Numbered from the stretch's first letter, positions 16,079 to 25,857 are shown. The stretch is DNA of 43,030 bases from Candidatus Curtissbacteria bacterium RIFCSPLOWO2_02_FULL_40_11 (GCA_001776505.1 MFBV01000001.1:862-43891), one strand, 5' to 3'. Notes: generated from the sequence alone by a model not told the origin. Made by a program: numbers and translations.

Positions 16079-17026
16079 ATGAGCAAGAAAATTAATGTAG
16101 CTGTCTTAATGGGCGGCAAATCCGCAGAGCACGACATATCTCTGATAACAGGCGGGGAGGTTGTTAAAAATCTCGATTCCAAGAAATACAGAGCACTTTC
16201 GATTGTTATTTCAAAAGATGGAAAATTATTTAAGTTTAACGATAAAAATTACCCTCTTTCTCAATTATCAGCGATTCAATGCCAGTTGTTTTTTATCGCT
16301 ATGCATGGTTCTTCTGGGGAAGACGGACGAATTCAAGGGTTTTTAGATTTTTTAGGTGTAGCTTACACAGGTTCAGGGGTACTGGCTTCTGCTCTTGGTA
16401 TGGACAAACTTTACTCAAGGAAATTATTTACTCAAGCAGGTCTTACTGTACCAAAGACTGTTGCAGTCAAAAAAGGCAAAACTATTCCCAAATTAAATTT
16501 CGACTTTCCAGTTTTTGTAAAACCCAATAATCAAGGTTCATCCGTTGGAGTTTTTAAAGTTAAGAATAAAAAAGAATTAGTGTCAGCCCTTAAAAAATCC
16601 CACAAATATTCCGATCAAGCTCTAGTCGAGGAAAGTGTCGATGGAGTAGAAGTCACAAGCTCTATATTAGGAAAAGAAAAACCTGTCGCTTTACCGCTTG
16701 TTGAAATTGTGCCTAAAACACAATTTTTCAACTACAAAGCAAAATACAATGAACGATTCTGCGAGGAAATAGTTCCAGCAAGAATCAGCAAAATCTTAAC
16801 TAAAAAAGCGAAAGCAGCAGCCATTTTAGCTTATCAAACAATCGGATGCCAAGGGTTTGGCCGTGTAGACATGATTATCAAAAATAACAAAGTTTATGTT
16901 CTGGAAGTCAACACGATTCCAGGTCTTACCGCGGTTTCACTACTACCCAAAGCAGCCAAAGCAACAGGAATTTCCTATAGGCAGCTTTTAAACGAAATTA
17001 TCTCTTTTGCCCATCCCATAGTTTGA
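16079..17026 (+). CDS. ddl: D-alanine--D-alanine ligase
   Basis: 315 aa. VAVLMGGKSAEHDISL, HGSSGEDGRIQGFL, FVKPNNQGSSVG, GRVDMII, LEVNTIPGLT. ATG immediately follows the murA TAA. Confidence 0.95.
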   Translation: MSKKINVAVLMGGKSAEHDISLITGGEVVKNLDSKKYRALSIVISKDGKLFKFNDKNYPLSQLSAIQCQLFFIAMHGSSGEDGRIQGFLDFLGVAYTGSGVLASALGMDKLYSRKLFTQAGLTVPKTVAVKKGKTIPKLNFDFPVFVKPNNQGSSVGVFKVKNKKELVSALKKSHKYSDQALVEESVDGVEVTSSILGKEKPVALPLVEIVPKTQFFNYKAKYNERFCEEIVPARISKILTKKAKAAAILAYQTIGCQGFGRVDMIIKNNKVYVLEVNTIPGLTAVSLLPKAAKATGISYRQLLNEIISFAHPIV

Positions 17027-17052
17027 CAATTCTAATTAAGATTCTGTATAAT
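17023..17052 (+). promoter_or_regulatory. Promoter TTGACA-18-TATAAT overlapping the ddl stop, driving the 472-aa orphan gene
   Basis: TTGACA at 17023-17028 (the ddl TGA is 17024-17026), TATAAT at 17047-17052, ATG at 17060 (7-nt gap, no SD). Confidence 0.55.
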
Positions 17053-17059
17053 TCGCTCC

Positions 17060-18478
17060 ATGAGTGAACGACGCTTTGGACCCCGAAGGCCTTCTGAAAG
17101 GCCAGTCATCCATCGTAAAGATTTTGATAAATATTGGCCATCTCCCTGGAGTTTATACGAACGGCCCAGCCCCTTTCGTTTAGGGCCGGAGATTGAAAGT
17201 GGTTTGCATCTACACTTTGTTACCAAGGGTGAAAGAAAGTGGTCTGAAGAGTTTGCCCTGTCTGAACAAATTTACAAAAAGGAGCTTGCGGGCCTTCCCT
17301 TTCATGAGGCTTTTGGAAAATATCTCTCCATAATGCTAAGAGTTAGCGACATCCATCTTCCTCTAGGGAAAGCAAATAAACCCAGAAGCATTAGTGTCTT
17401 GTCTGGTATCCAAGTTGTTCTAATCGAGCTATTGGCGATGGAACATGCAGAGAAAATCCCCCAGTCTTATTTTGAAACGATGAGAAATCAGGAGCAACTA
17501 CTTCTGGAAACAGAACATCCAGATAAATGGTTTTTACCTAAAGTAAAGAATTTGATTCATCGGGTTGAAGGATGGAGAAATATTTATGAATGGATTGATT
17601 TAATAAGAAAAAGACTGGGCCATTTAAAAAGTCAATTAGATCCACAGGAGATCCAAGGTGAATGTAGTGAGATAGCCAAAAGAATAAGCGAGGATAGGGC
17701 GTATGGCGTTAAGAATTGTTATTTTACTTCACCCTTGTTTTTAAAACCCAATCAGGCATTTACCATATTTGATGAGCGGTTGGGATTACCAGATAAGATC
17801 GATAAATATGACATGCCTAATGACACAATAGCCTGTATAGGCGTAGGGGATAAGCCACGCGGCAAAATCGAGGTTATACCACTTGCCGAGGAATATATCC
17901 ACAACATTAAATGGCGAGGTTTCGGAACAACCTTCACCTATGCAATTTTCTCAGTAAATCAAAGTGGAGAAATCAGCTCAAGCGTACTAGGAGCCATGAG
18001 CCCGCTAAGATATGGTTTTGAAAGAAAAAAAGCTCTTCCAGAATATGAACTTTGGAGAGCTTTTATGCTAATGAGGATATATGATTTGACAAAACGCGCG
18101 GATGTTATTGAAAAAATGCCCTCGCTGGATAAAGCAGAAAGAGAAATTTCAAAAGGGGAAGGTGGCATATTAGGAATTGGTAAAAAGGTTAAACGAGTAG
18201 ATTACAGAAGCTTACTCTTTCCAAGAGTCAAATATGATGCTACAGAAGTTGTTGAGACAAATGAATCGGTCGAGCAAAAAAGATTTATCGACCGGCACCG
18301 TGTAACATGGTTTGTGAGGCGACTACCTATAGGTTATAATGCGACGGAAAGAGGAATCGAATACGCAAATGAGCACGGGGTGACACTGAGGGAAGGGGAA
18401 ACTATAGTAAGAGAACATTTTAGAGGGAAAAGTAGAGAAGAAGCTCTTGAAAAACCGACAAAAGCATCATTCAGATAA
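17060..18478 (+). CDS. Hypothetical protein, 472 aa, no recognised domain, compositionally atypical
   Basis: Long uninterrupted ORF with its own promoter. W/R/P/E-rich, no TM. GC-richer than neighbouring dcw genes on hand-counted lines. Confidence 0.85.
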   Translation: MSERRFGPRRPSERPVIHRKDFDKYWPSPWSLYERPSPFRLGPEIESGLHLHFVTKGERKWSEEFALSEQIYKKELAGLPFHEAFGKYLSIMLRVSDIHLPLGKANKPRSISVLSGIQVVLIELLAMEHAEKIPQSYFETMRNQEQLLLETEHPDKWFLPKVKNLIHRVEGWRNIYEWIDLIRKRLGHLKSQLDPQEIQGECSEIAKRISEDRAYGVKNCYFTSPLFLKPNQAFTIFDERLGLPDKIDKYDMPNDTIACIGVGDKPRGKIEVIPLAEEYIHNIKWRGFGTTFTYAIFSVNQSGEISSSVLGAMSPLRYGFERKKALPEYELWRAFMLMRIYDLTKRADVIEKMPSLDKAEREISKGEGGILGIGKKVKRVDYRSLLFPRVKYDATEVVETNESVEQKRFIDRHRVTWFVRRLPIGYNATERGIEYANEHGVTLREGETIVREHFRGKSREEALEKPTKASFR

Positions 18479-18535
18479 AAGAAGAAGTGATTATTTGAAA
18501 AGTGTCTTTCCTTCAACTACTATCAACCCCATAGT

Positions 18536-18564
18536 TTGATAAACGTCTAAAATTACGTTATAAT
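18536..18564 (+). promoter_or_regulatory. Promoter TTGATA-17-TATAAT for murF (paralogue of the 17023 promoter)
   Basis: TTGATA at 18536-18541, TATAAT at 18559-18564, ATG at 18574. Preceded by the same CCCATAGT as the copy at 17015. Confidence 0.55.
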
Positions 18565-18573
18565 TAACTCTCC

Positions 18574-19776
18574 ATGCCTTACTCACAAGTATACCGCAAC
18601 ATTGAAGATTGGAAAAAACCTTTGCATGTGGTTCATGCCTATTTAGCCAAAATTTACTTCAAATTTTTACCCAGCACTCAGGTAATTGGTGTTACCGGCA
18701 GTGTCGGCAAAACCTTGACGCAGAATGCTATTTGTAGTGTTCTCTCTAAAAAATTCAAAATAGTCTGCGGTGACGAAAATCTCGACCCGACTTACAGAAT
18801 TCCCAAAACTATTTTTGCGGCGAGGCCTTGGCATAAATTTATTGTTCTTGAATACGGCGTAGAGCATCCACAGGATATGGATTATTATCTCTGGTTAGCA
18901 AGGCCACAATTTGCTATTGTAACTAATATTGCACTTACTCACACGAAATATTTTAAATCGGAAAAAGGAGTATACGCAGAAAAGGTAAAACTAATAAAGG
19001 CTTTACCGCCAACAGGCACAGCAATCCTAAATAAAAATGATAAGGTCGTAGCCGAAATGAAGTCGCAAACGAAAGCAAATGTTTTCTGGTTTGGAAAGAC
19101 TTCTAAAATGGGAATAAAAATATCCGACTACTCACAGGATTTAAGAGGATCCACTTTCAGAATGCATTTTCATAAGGATAAAGCTGCTGTTTCCTGGAAA
19201 ATCATTGGCAAGCACCAACTGCTTTCTGCACAAGCAGCAGCTTCGATGGGTATAGTTGCTGGCCTTAGCCTAAAGCAAATAGCCTCAGGTCTTTCACAAG
19301 TCGAAGTCCCGCTTCACAGATTAAATGTTGTTAAAACACAAAAAGCTTATATTCTTGACGACACCTATAACTCTTCACCTAAAGCAGCCAAAGAATCTAT
19401 AGAAACTTTAGTCGACTTGGGTGCCACTCATAAAAAACTTGCTATTTTAGGTGAAATGAAGGATTTAGGTAGTTTATCAACTACAGCCCATATAGATTTA
19501 GGTGAATTTATATCAAAAACCAATATCGACCATCTAATTACAATCGGAAAGGTTGCAAAGCTCATAGGCAAAAGTGCACGAAAAAATAAATTTAAAGGAC
19601 AAGTTTTAAATTATTTCACGACACAGCAAGCTCTCGTGCAAGCTCAAAAGTTGACAAGCGAAAATTCACTCATTTTAATTAAGGGTTCACGCCACGCTCA
19701 TCTTGAAAGAATTGTTTTTGCTCTTCAGGGAAAGTCTACGCAAATTTCTTGTTATCAGTGTGGGAATTTGAAATAA
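18574..19776 (+). CDS. murF: UDP-MurNAc-tripeptide--D-alanyl-D-alanine ligase MurF, short N-terminus
   Basis: 400 aa. P-loop GVTGSVGKT at residues 39-47. LEYGVEH, DDTYNSSPKAAKESI, LAILGEMKDLG and IKGSRHAHLE are MurF blocks. Confidence 0.8.
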   Translation: MPYSQVYRNIEDWKKPLHVVHAYLAKIYFKFLPSTQVIGVTGSVGKTLTQNAICSVLSKKFKIVCGDENLDPTYRIPKTIFAARPWHKFIVLEYGVEHPQDMDYYLWLARPQFAIVTNIALTHTKYFKSEKGVYAEKVKLIKALPPTGTAILNKNDKVVAEMKSQTKANVFWFGKTSKMGIKISDYSQDLRGSTFRMHFHKDKAAVSWKIIGKHQLLSAQAAASMGIVAGLSLKQIASGLSQVEVPLHRLNVVKTQKAYILDDTYNSSPKAAKESIETLVDLGATHKKLAILGEMKDLGSLSTTAHIDLGEFISKTNIDHLITIGKVAKLIGKSARKNKFKGQVLNYFTTQQALVQAQKLTSENSLILIKGSRHAHLERIVFALQGKSTQISCYQCGNLK

Positions 19777-19789
19777 TATATTTTCAGGT

Positions 19790-20821
19790 ATGGCACAAAC
19801 CTTAGGTCTTGTATTACTATCCTTTTTCACAGTAAGTATTCTCTTAGTTCCATTCATAAATTTACTTTACAAAATTAAGTTCACGAGGCAAAAACAAAAG
19901 ACTCGGGATATGTTTGAGGTGCGGACCCATATTTTTGATAAATTCCATGAACACAAATCGGGGATACCAGTAGGTGGGGGAGCGCTCATTATTTTTGTTG
20001 TTACCCTGCTCTACCTTTTAACAAACTATCTATCCCCTCTACTTGGAGTTGAGAGAACTTCTATCTATCCATACAAGCAGGAAATCAATGTAATTCTTTT
20101 TACATTTCTGTCATTTGGGCTGTTAGGTTTATATGATGATTTAAGAAAAACATTCGGTTTTAGGGGAGTAAAGTTTTGGGGTTTAAGATTTCGCGTAAAA
20201 TTTATAGCTCAATGGGCACTGGCTTTTGTAGTAGCCTTTATGCTCTACTTTGCCTTAGGTATAAATATTATCAATATAACTTTCTTTGACGTTTTTAATC
20301 TCGGGATTTTTTACATTCCTTTCGCGGCTTTTACTATTGTTGCATTTGCAAATGCGGTAAATATTTCTGATGGGCTAGATGGACTCGCTTCAGGCCTCAT
20401 TTTAATTTGTCTTACTGCCCTTCTTGTAATGTCGTCTTCAATCCTAGATACCACACTTTCGATTTTCTTAGGTTTACTAATAGGCTCATTAATAGCATTT
20501 CTTTATTTTAATATTTGGCCGGCGCGAATTATGCTCGGAGATGTCGGTGCGATGTCCTTTGGGGCGACCCTTGCAGTGGCCGGTTTGCTTCTTGGAAAAC
20601 CTATTGGACTCGTAATAATTGGGGGAATGTTTATCCTAGAAGCAGGATCGTCTCTGGTACAAATTCTTTCAAAGAGTATTAGAAAAAAGAGAGTATTTGA
20701 AGTGGCTCCGCTGCATCTTTGGTTGCAATATAAGGGTTGGCAAGAGCCGAAAATTGTTTTTAGGTTTTGGCTCGCACAAATCATTTTTGCAATTTTCGGT
20801 CTTTGGCTAGCGTTTTTTTAA
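19790..20821 (+). CDS. mraY: Phospho-N-acetylmuramoyl-pentapeptide transferase MraY
   Basis: 343 aa polytopic membrane protein. LYDDLRK, NAVNISDGLDGLA, GDVGAMSFG, APLHLWL. Confidence 0.95.
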   Translation: MAQTLGLVLLSFFTVSILLVPFINLLYKIKFTRQKQKTRDMFEVRTHIFDKFHEHKSGIPVGGGALIIFVVTLLYLLTNYLSPLLGVERTSIYPYKQEINVILFTFLSFGLLGLYDDLRKTFGFRGVKFWGLRFRVKFIAQWALAFVVAFMLYFALGINIINITFFDVFNLGIFYIPFAAFTIVAFANAVNISDGLDGLASGLILICLTALLVMSSSILDTTLSIFLGLLIGSLIAFLYFNIWPARIMLGDVGAMSFGATLAVAGLLLGKPIGLVIIGGMFILEAGSSLVQILSKSIRKKRVFEVAPLHLWLQYKGWQEPKIVFRFWLAQIIFAIFGLWLAFF

Positions 20822-20822
20822 A

Positions 20823-21605
20823 ATGGCAGACAATCGTCCCATAGGTCTTTTTGATTCAGGTGTTGGCGGGCTTTCGGTTCTATGTGAAATTAAAAAAGTA
20901 TTACCTCGTGAATCATTTATATACCTCGCGGATCAAAAAAACGTCCCATACGGCACAAAATCAAAAAAGGTTTTAAATAATTTAACACTGAGAATAACTA
21001 AATTCTTACTAAAATTTGATATTAAAATGCTAGTAGTTGCTTGTAATACTGCCAGTTGTTACTCAGTTGATTTCTTGCGCAATAATTTCAATTTACCAAT
21101 TGTAGGAGTTGTACCTGCTGTTAAACCTGCTGTGAAATTAAGTAAAAAAGGAAAAATAACTATTATGTCTACTTCGGCAACGGCCAAAAGCACCTATTTA
21201 AAAAACCTAATAGCTAAATTTAGCAGTGCCAAAAATGTTTTAAGTCTTGGCTGTGATGGTCTTGAAGATTCGGTAGAGAATCTAAATTATAAAAAAATCA
21301 ATTCACTGCTTGATGAATATGTAAAAAGAGCTAATAGTTTTGAATCGGATGTAATTATCTTAGGGTGTACGCATTTCCCTTTTTTAAAAAATGATATCCA
21401 AAAAAGAGCAATAAAAGGCACTAAAATAATTGACTCCGGAAAAGCTATAGCAAGCAGAGTAAAATTTTTACTTAAACAAAACAATATGATAGCGGCTAAG
21501 AAAACAAAAGACCTATTTTTTACTACTCTTAATCGTAAAAAATTTTCAAATGTTGCTTCGACTCTCCTAAAATATAAAGTACTGGCCCAAAAAGCTTCAA
21601 TTTAA
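20823..21605 (+). CDS. murI: Glutamate racemase
   Basis: 260 aa. GLFDSGVGGLSV, VVACNTAS, LGCTHFP. Confidence 0.9.
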   Translation: MADNRPIGLFDSGVGGLSVLCEIKKVLPRESFIYLADQKNVPYGTKSKKVLNNLTLRITKFLLKFDIKMLVVACNTASCYSVDFLRNNFNLPIVGVVPAVKPAVKLSKKGKITIMSTSATAKSTYLKNLIAKFSSAKNVLSLGCDGLEDSVENLNYKKINSLLDEYVKRANSFESDVIILGCTHFPFLKNDIQKRAIKGTKIIDSGKAIASRVKFLLKQNNMIAAKKTKDLFFTTLNRKKFSNVASTLLKYKVLAQKASI

Positions 21606-22961
21606 ATGATCTCTTCAAAAAATGTAGCTATTTTTGGTTTTGGCAAAGAAGGTGTGGCAGCTGCAAATTATTTAGGTGTTAAAAATAAAATACACATTTT
21701 TGAAGACAAACAACAATCGGATATCAACAAATCTTTTTTTCGCGGATTAAAAATAAAAGACGCCCAATTCTATTTTAGTGGCCAAAAACCAAATAATGCA
21801 AAGCTAGACTTGTTAATTCGCTCACCTGGCGTAAAACTCAACCATCGACATATTAAATACTTTTTAAAAATGGGTGCAAAACTGACATCTCCTACAAATA
21901 TATTCTTCGTAAGCGCACCCTGCATTATTATTGGAGTCACCGGTACTAAGGGCAAGGGCACAACTTCAACATTGATATACAAGATATTAAAAGCACAAAA
22001 CGACAATATTTACTTAGCGGGGAATATTGGTACCCCTGCTTTAGAAATACTGCCTAAATTAAATAAAGATTCGATTGCAATTTTAGAGCTCTCCAGCTTT
22101 CAGCTTATTGATCTTAAATATAGTCCACATATAGCAGTTGTGTTAATGATCACATCAGAACATTTAGATTGGCATATAAGCCAAAATGAATATGCAAAGG
22201 CTAAGGAATCAATCGTTGCATACCAGTCTAATCAGGATTTTGCCGTAATTAATCAAGATTTCACCAAATCAAAAAAATTATCCAGTCTTACAAAAGCAAA
22301 AGTAATATATTTTTCAACAGAGCACAAAACAAACGGTGTATACATAAGCAACGGGGAAATATTTTCAAATATTCAGGCAAATGAGCCGCTGATAACAACT
22401 GCCGAGATTTTACTTCAAGGAAATCATAATTTACAAAACATTTGTGCAGCAGTATCTGTCGCAAAAATTCTCGGATCCAAAAACGAAACTATCAAAACTG
22501 TACTAAAATCTTTTAAAGGTTTGAAGCATCGGCTTCAATTAGTTAAAGAAATTAGAGGTACTAAATTTTACAACGATTCCTACTCAACTACTCCTGAGAC
22601 CGCCATTGCCGCAATCGACGCGTTTAATTCATTGAAAATTCTAATTTTAGGAGGCTCATCCAAAAAATCAGATTTTACAAATCTTTCCAAAAAAATAATA
22701 GCCGATAAAAAAATAAAAACAATAATTTTAATTGGAGAAGAAAGCTCTCGGATAGAGAAATCACTGGACGCAACAGGAAACTTCAAAGGCCGGATAATTA
22801 GGGGGCTGACGAATATGAAGCAAATCGTTAAAAAGGCATTGGATATTTCAACAAAAGACAACATTGTAATATTTTCTCCGGGATGCGCTTCATTTGATAT
22901 GTTTGCAAATTACGAAGATCGAGGCCAGCAATTTATAGACGAAGTATTAAAGATAAGATGA
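21606..22961 (+). CDS. murD: UDP-MurNAc-L-alanine--D-glutamate ligase MurD
   Basis: 451 aa. GFGKEGVAAANYL Rossmann N-domain, P-loop GVTGTKGKGTT, HRLQLV, NDSYSTTP. Confidence 0.9.
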   Translation: MISSKNVAIFGFGKEGVAAANYLGVKNKIHIFEDKQQSDINKSFFRGLKIKDAQFYFSGQKPNNAKLDLLIRSPGVKLNHRHIKYFLKMGAKLTSPTNIFFVSAPCIIIGVTGTKGKGTTSTLIYKILKAQNDNIYLAGNIGTPALEILPKLNKDSIAILELSSFQLIDLKYSPHIAVVLMITSEHLDWHISQNEYAKAKESIVAYQSNQDFAVINQDFTKSKKLSSLTKAKVIYFSTEHKTNGVYISNGEIFSNIQANEPLITTAEILLQGNHNLQNICAAVSVAKILGSKNETIKTVLKSFKGLKHRLQLVKEIRGTKFYNDSYSTTPETAIAAIDAFNSLKILILGGSSKKSDFTNLSKKIIADKKIKTIILIGEESSRIEKSLDATGNFKGRIIRGLTNMKQIVKKALDISTKDNIVIFSPGCASFDMFANYEDRGQQFIDEVLKIR

Positions 22962-24073
22962 AAAGCAAATCGAGCCTTCTAAAAAGTACGAGTACGCCTA
23001 TAGACCTTTGGTTAATTCTTGCAACTTTCACACTTATAGTTTTTGGCCTCATTGCTATTTACGATTCTTCAGTTGTTACTGCATTTAGAGATTTTGGCGA
23101 TAAATTTTATTTCTTTAAAAATCAACTTACGTGGGCCACTCTCGGGGTTTTTGCGTTTCTCTTTTTCAGTTTTTTCGACTACCGCAAATTAGTAAAATTA
23201 GGACCCATATTTGTAGCAGTTGGCACTTTCCTTTTAATTGCGGTTCTAGTTCCATTTATTGGTACTGAAGCATTAGGTGCAAGGCGTTGGATTTCACTTG
23301 GAAATTTAACTTTCCAGCCATCTGAATTTGTAAAGTTGGCCGTTATTTTCTACGCGACAAACATAATGTCAAAAATTAAAGACCATAGAATTATTTTCTT
23401 TGACTCAATAATTGTTTATTTTTTACCTATTTTAGTTGTGACGGCATTAGTTATTATCCAGCCGGATCTTGGAACGGCCCTGATCTTTACTGCTCTCGCC
23501 ATAATTATTTATTTCGCTGCTGGCGCACCGATTTGGCATTTTTTACTCGCAATACCAGTTTTAATAGCCGGGACTCTTGCAGCTATTGTTACCCAACCTT
23601 ATCGTTTAGAAAGATTAAGAGCATTTTTCGATCCCAGCTACGATCCTTCAGGTGCTTCATATCAAATAAACCAAATAATAATTGCAATTGCGTCCGGCGG
23701 TCTATTTGGGGTAGGTCTGGGTGGAGCGCACAGTAAATTCGAGTTCATACCCGAGGTGCATAATGATGCAATTTTCGCTGTAATCATCGAAGAAATTGGA
23801 TTTATTGGTGGGGTGATCTTAATCGGCGTTTTCTTATTTTTGATTTCTCGCGCAATTAAAATTTCCATAGAAACCGCGGACTATTCAGGGAAAATTCTTG
23901 CAATTGGGATTGCTAGCCTTCTTGCCGTTCAAAGTCTTTTTAATATTGCATCCAATGTCGCGCTGGTTCCTTTAACAGGAGTTCCACTGCCTTTTATTTC
24001 GTATGGTGGATCTTCACTTTTCGTTACGTTGGCATCTATCGGGATACTAGTTAACATTAAAAGACAAACATGA
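22958..24073 (+). CDS. ftsW: SEDS-family peptidoglycan glycosyltransferase FtsW
   Basis: 371 aa polytopic. FQPSEFVKLA, QPDLGTA, PEVHNDAIFAVI, GVPLPFISYGGSS. ATGA overlaps on both sides. Sits in the murD-murG slot. Confidence 0.9.
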   Translation: MKSKSSLLKSTSTPIDLWLILATFTLIVFGLIAIYDSSVVTAFRDFGDKFYFFKNQLTWATLGVFAFLFFSFFDYRKLVKLGPIFVAVGTFLLIAVLVPFIGTEALGARRWISLGNLTFQPSEFVKLAVIFYATNIMSKIKDHRIIFFDSIIVYFLPILVVTALVIIQPDLGTALIFTALAIIIYFAAGAPIWHFLLAIPVLIAGTLAAIVTQPYRLERLRAFFDPSYDPSGASYQINQIIIAIASGGLFGVGLGGAHSKFEFIPEVHNDAIFAVIIEEIGFIGGVILIGVFLFLISRAIKISIETADYSGKILAIGIASLLAVQSLFNIASNVALVPLTGVPLPFISYGGSSLFVTLASIGILVNIKRQT

Positions 24074-25167
24074 GAAAAGTTGTAATTTGCGGCGGGCATC
24101 TAACCCCGGCCCTGTCCGTAATAGATCAGTTAAAAAAACATAAAGGAATAGAAATACTTTTTTTTGGTCGTAAATATGCAACAGAAGGTGCTAAAAATTT
24201 TTCAGCGGAATTCAAAATTATTTCGCAGGAAAATATTAAATTTTATGGGATAACCGCCGGGAGGCTTCAGCGCAAATTCACAAAATATACAATTCCGGCT
24301 TTATTCAAGACGCCTACTGGTTTTATACAAGCTTTAATCCATTTATTTATTTTAAGGCCGAATATAATAGTTTCCTTCGGAGGATATTTGTCATTACCAA
24401 TAGTTATTAGCGGCTGGTTGTTGGGTATTAAATCGGTAACCCATGAACAAAGTTCAAAAGCGGGTCTTGCCAATAAAATAAATTCACTATTTACAGAGAA
24501 AGTTTTTCTTGCATGGCCACAATCCCAGAAAGACTTCCCAGAAAAAAAAACAGAAGTAATAGGTAATCCCACGAGAAAGACAATTTTTCTAAAAAAAGCT
24601 AAAAACTCAACGCTAAATAATTTTCTTAAAAAATCTCAGAGACTAATACTCGTAATTGGCGGAAATCAAGGCTCCCACTTCATCAATCAAAAGATATTCG
24701 ATCTTCTACCTAGTCTTTCGCAGTTTAATATATTACATCAAGTTGGCACCACAAACTTTATGGGTGATTTAGACAGGGCAAAAAAAATAAAAATGAGCAA
24801 TTACTTTGCACTTGACTATATTAGCGCATACGATATTGGAGCAGCGTTAAATAGGGCTGATCTTGTTGTTAGTAGGTCTGGAGCAAACACAGTTTGGGAT
24901 TTATCTTTGCTTGGAAAAATATGCATACTGATACCTCTGCCTTTTGCGGCGGCGAAAGAACAGGAAGAAAACGCAAGGATTTTAGAAAGAAACGGAAGCT
25001 GTCGAGTTCTCAAGCAGGAAGATACAACTTCAAGCAAATTGAAATCCACCATTGACGAGCTTTTAAAAGATTTACCAAGGGCAAAAAAGCGGGCTGTCAA
25101 TTTCCAAAAAACTTTACCGAAAGATGCTGCCGAAAAGCTATCAAACTACGTTTTAAGTTATACTTAA
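24070..25167 (+). CDS. murG: Lipid II synthase MurG (UDP-GlcNAc transferase)
   Basis: 365 aa. ICGGHLTPAL G-loop, VIGGNQGS, SRSGANTVWDL, QEENARIL. Confidence 0.9.
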   Translation: MRKVVICGGHLTPALSVIDQLKKHKGIEILFFGRKYATEGAKNFSAEFKIISQENIKFYGITAGRLQRKFTKYTIPALFKTPTGFIQALIHLFILRPNIIVSFGGYLSLPIVISGWLLGIKSVTHEQSSKAGLANKINSLFTEKVFLAWPQSQKDFPEKKTEVIGNPTRKTIFLKKAKNSTLNNFLKKSQRLILVIGGNQGSHFINQKIFDLLPSLSQFNILHQVGTTNFMGDLDRAKKIKMSNYFALDYISAYDIGAALNRADLVVSRSGANTVWDLSLLGKICILIPLPFAAAKEQEENARILERNGSCRVLKQEDTTSSKLKSTIDELLKDLPRAKKRAVNFQKTLPKDAAEKLSNYVLSYT

Positions 25168-25173
25168 AACGTA

Positions 25174-25851
25174 GTGATCAAGCTTTTAGCCTTAGCAGCA
25201 GCTGGTTTCGTCCTGGCGTTTTTAGCCGTATTTTCTCCACTTTTCGAGATAAAAACCGTCATTTTTAATGACGATGATAAATGTGTCGACAACTCTCAGG
25301 AGATTACTCAGTCTCAACTTATTGGTTCGAACTTAATATTTTTTCAAGCTCAAACTTTTGCTCAAAATATTAAAGATCAATTTGTCTGCGTAGACACGAT
25401 TGGTCTTGAAAGAAAATTCCCTTCAACAGTAATTATTGATATAAAATCAAAAGAACCTGTAGCCTTAATTGCGGAGACCCAGTTGCAAGTAACAAAAGAT
25501 GGTTTATTAATAGATGCAGATTATAAAGTTCAAATTCCTACAGTTTTTCTTCCAAAAGATTTTACATTGGATCCAAATAAAAAAATCACAGACGAAGATG
25601 TACTTACAGCACTAGAAATTACTGATAATCTTCTGAAGTCCGACTTTGTGCCTTCAACAGTCAGAATAATTGATAAACAAAAAATTGCCGTATATAGTTC
25701 GAAAGATATTTTGGTGATATTTTCTAGCGATAAAGACCCCTCAAGCCAAGTAGACTCTTTACAGGCAATCTTGGCAGAAGCTAAAATAGACGCTACTAAA
25801 ATAGACAAAATAGATTTGAGTTTTGAAAAACCTGTTATTTCATATAAGTAG
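25174..25851 (+). CDS. ftsQ: FtsQ/DivIB-like cell division protein
   Basis: 225 aa, GTG start, one N-terminal TM then a POTRA-like segment (FEIKTVIFNDDD...). Sits in the murG-ftsA slot. Confidence 0.7.
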   Translation: MIKLLALAAAGFVLAFLAVFSPLFEIKTVIFNDDDKCVDNSQEITQSQLIGSNLIFFQAQTFAQNIKDQFVCVDTIGLERKFPSTVIIDIKSKEPVALIAETQLQVTKDGLLIDADYKVQIPTVFLPKDFTLDPNKKITDEDVLTALEITDNLLKSDFVPSTVRIIDKQKIAVYSSKDILVIFSSDKDPSSQVDSLQAILAEAKIDATKIDKIDLSFEKPVISYK

Positions 25852-25857
25852 TAATCT

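Noticed and set aside
17015-18542. 472-aa gene as an insertion sequence or transposase
   Set aside because: There are no terminal inverted repeats inside the direct repeats, and no DDE, HUH, serine- or tyrosine-recombinase motif that I can recognise. The flanking repeat looks like a duplicated host junction rather than a short target-site duplication of an IS.
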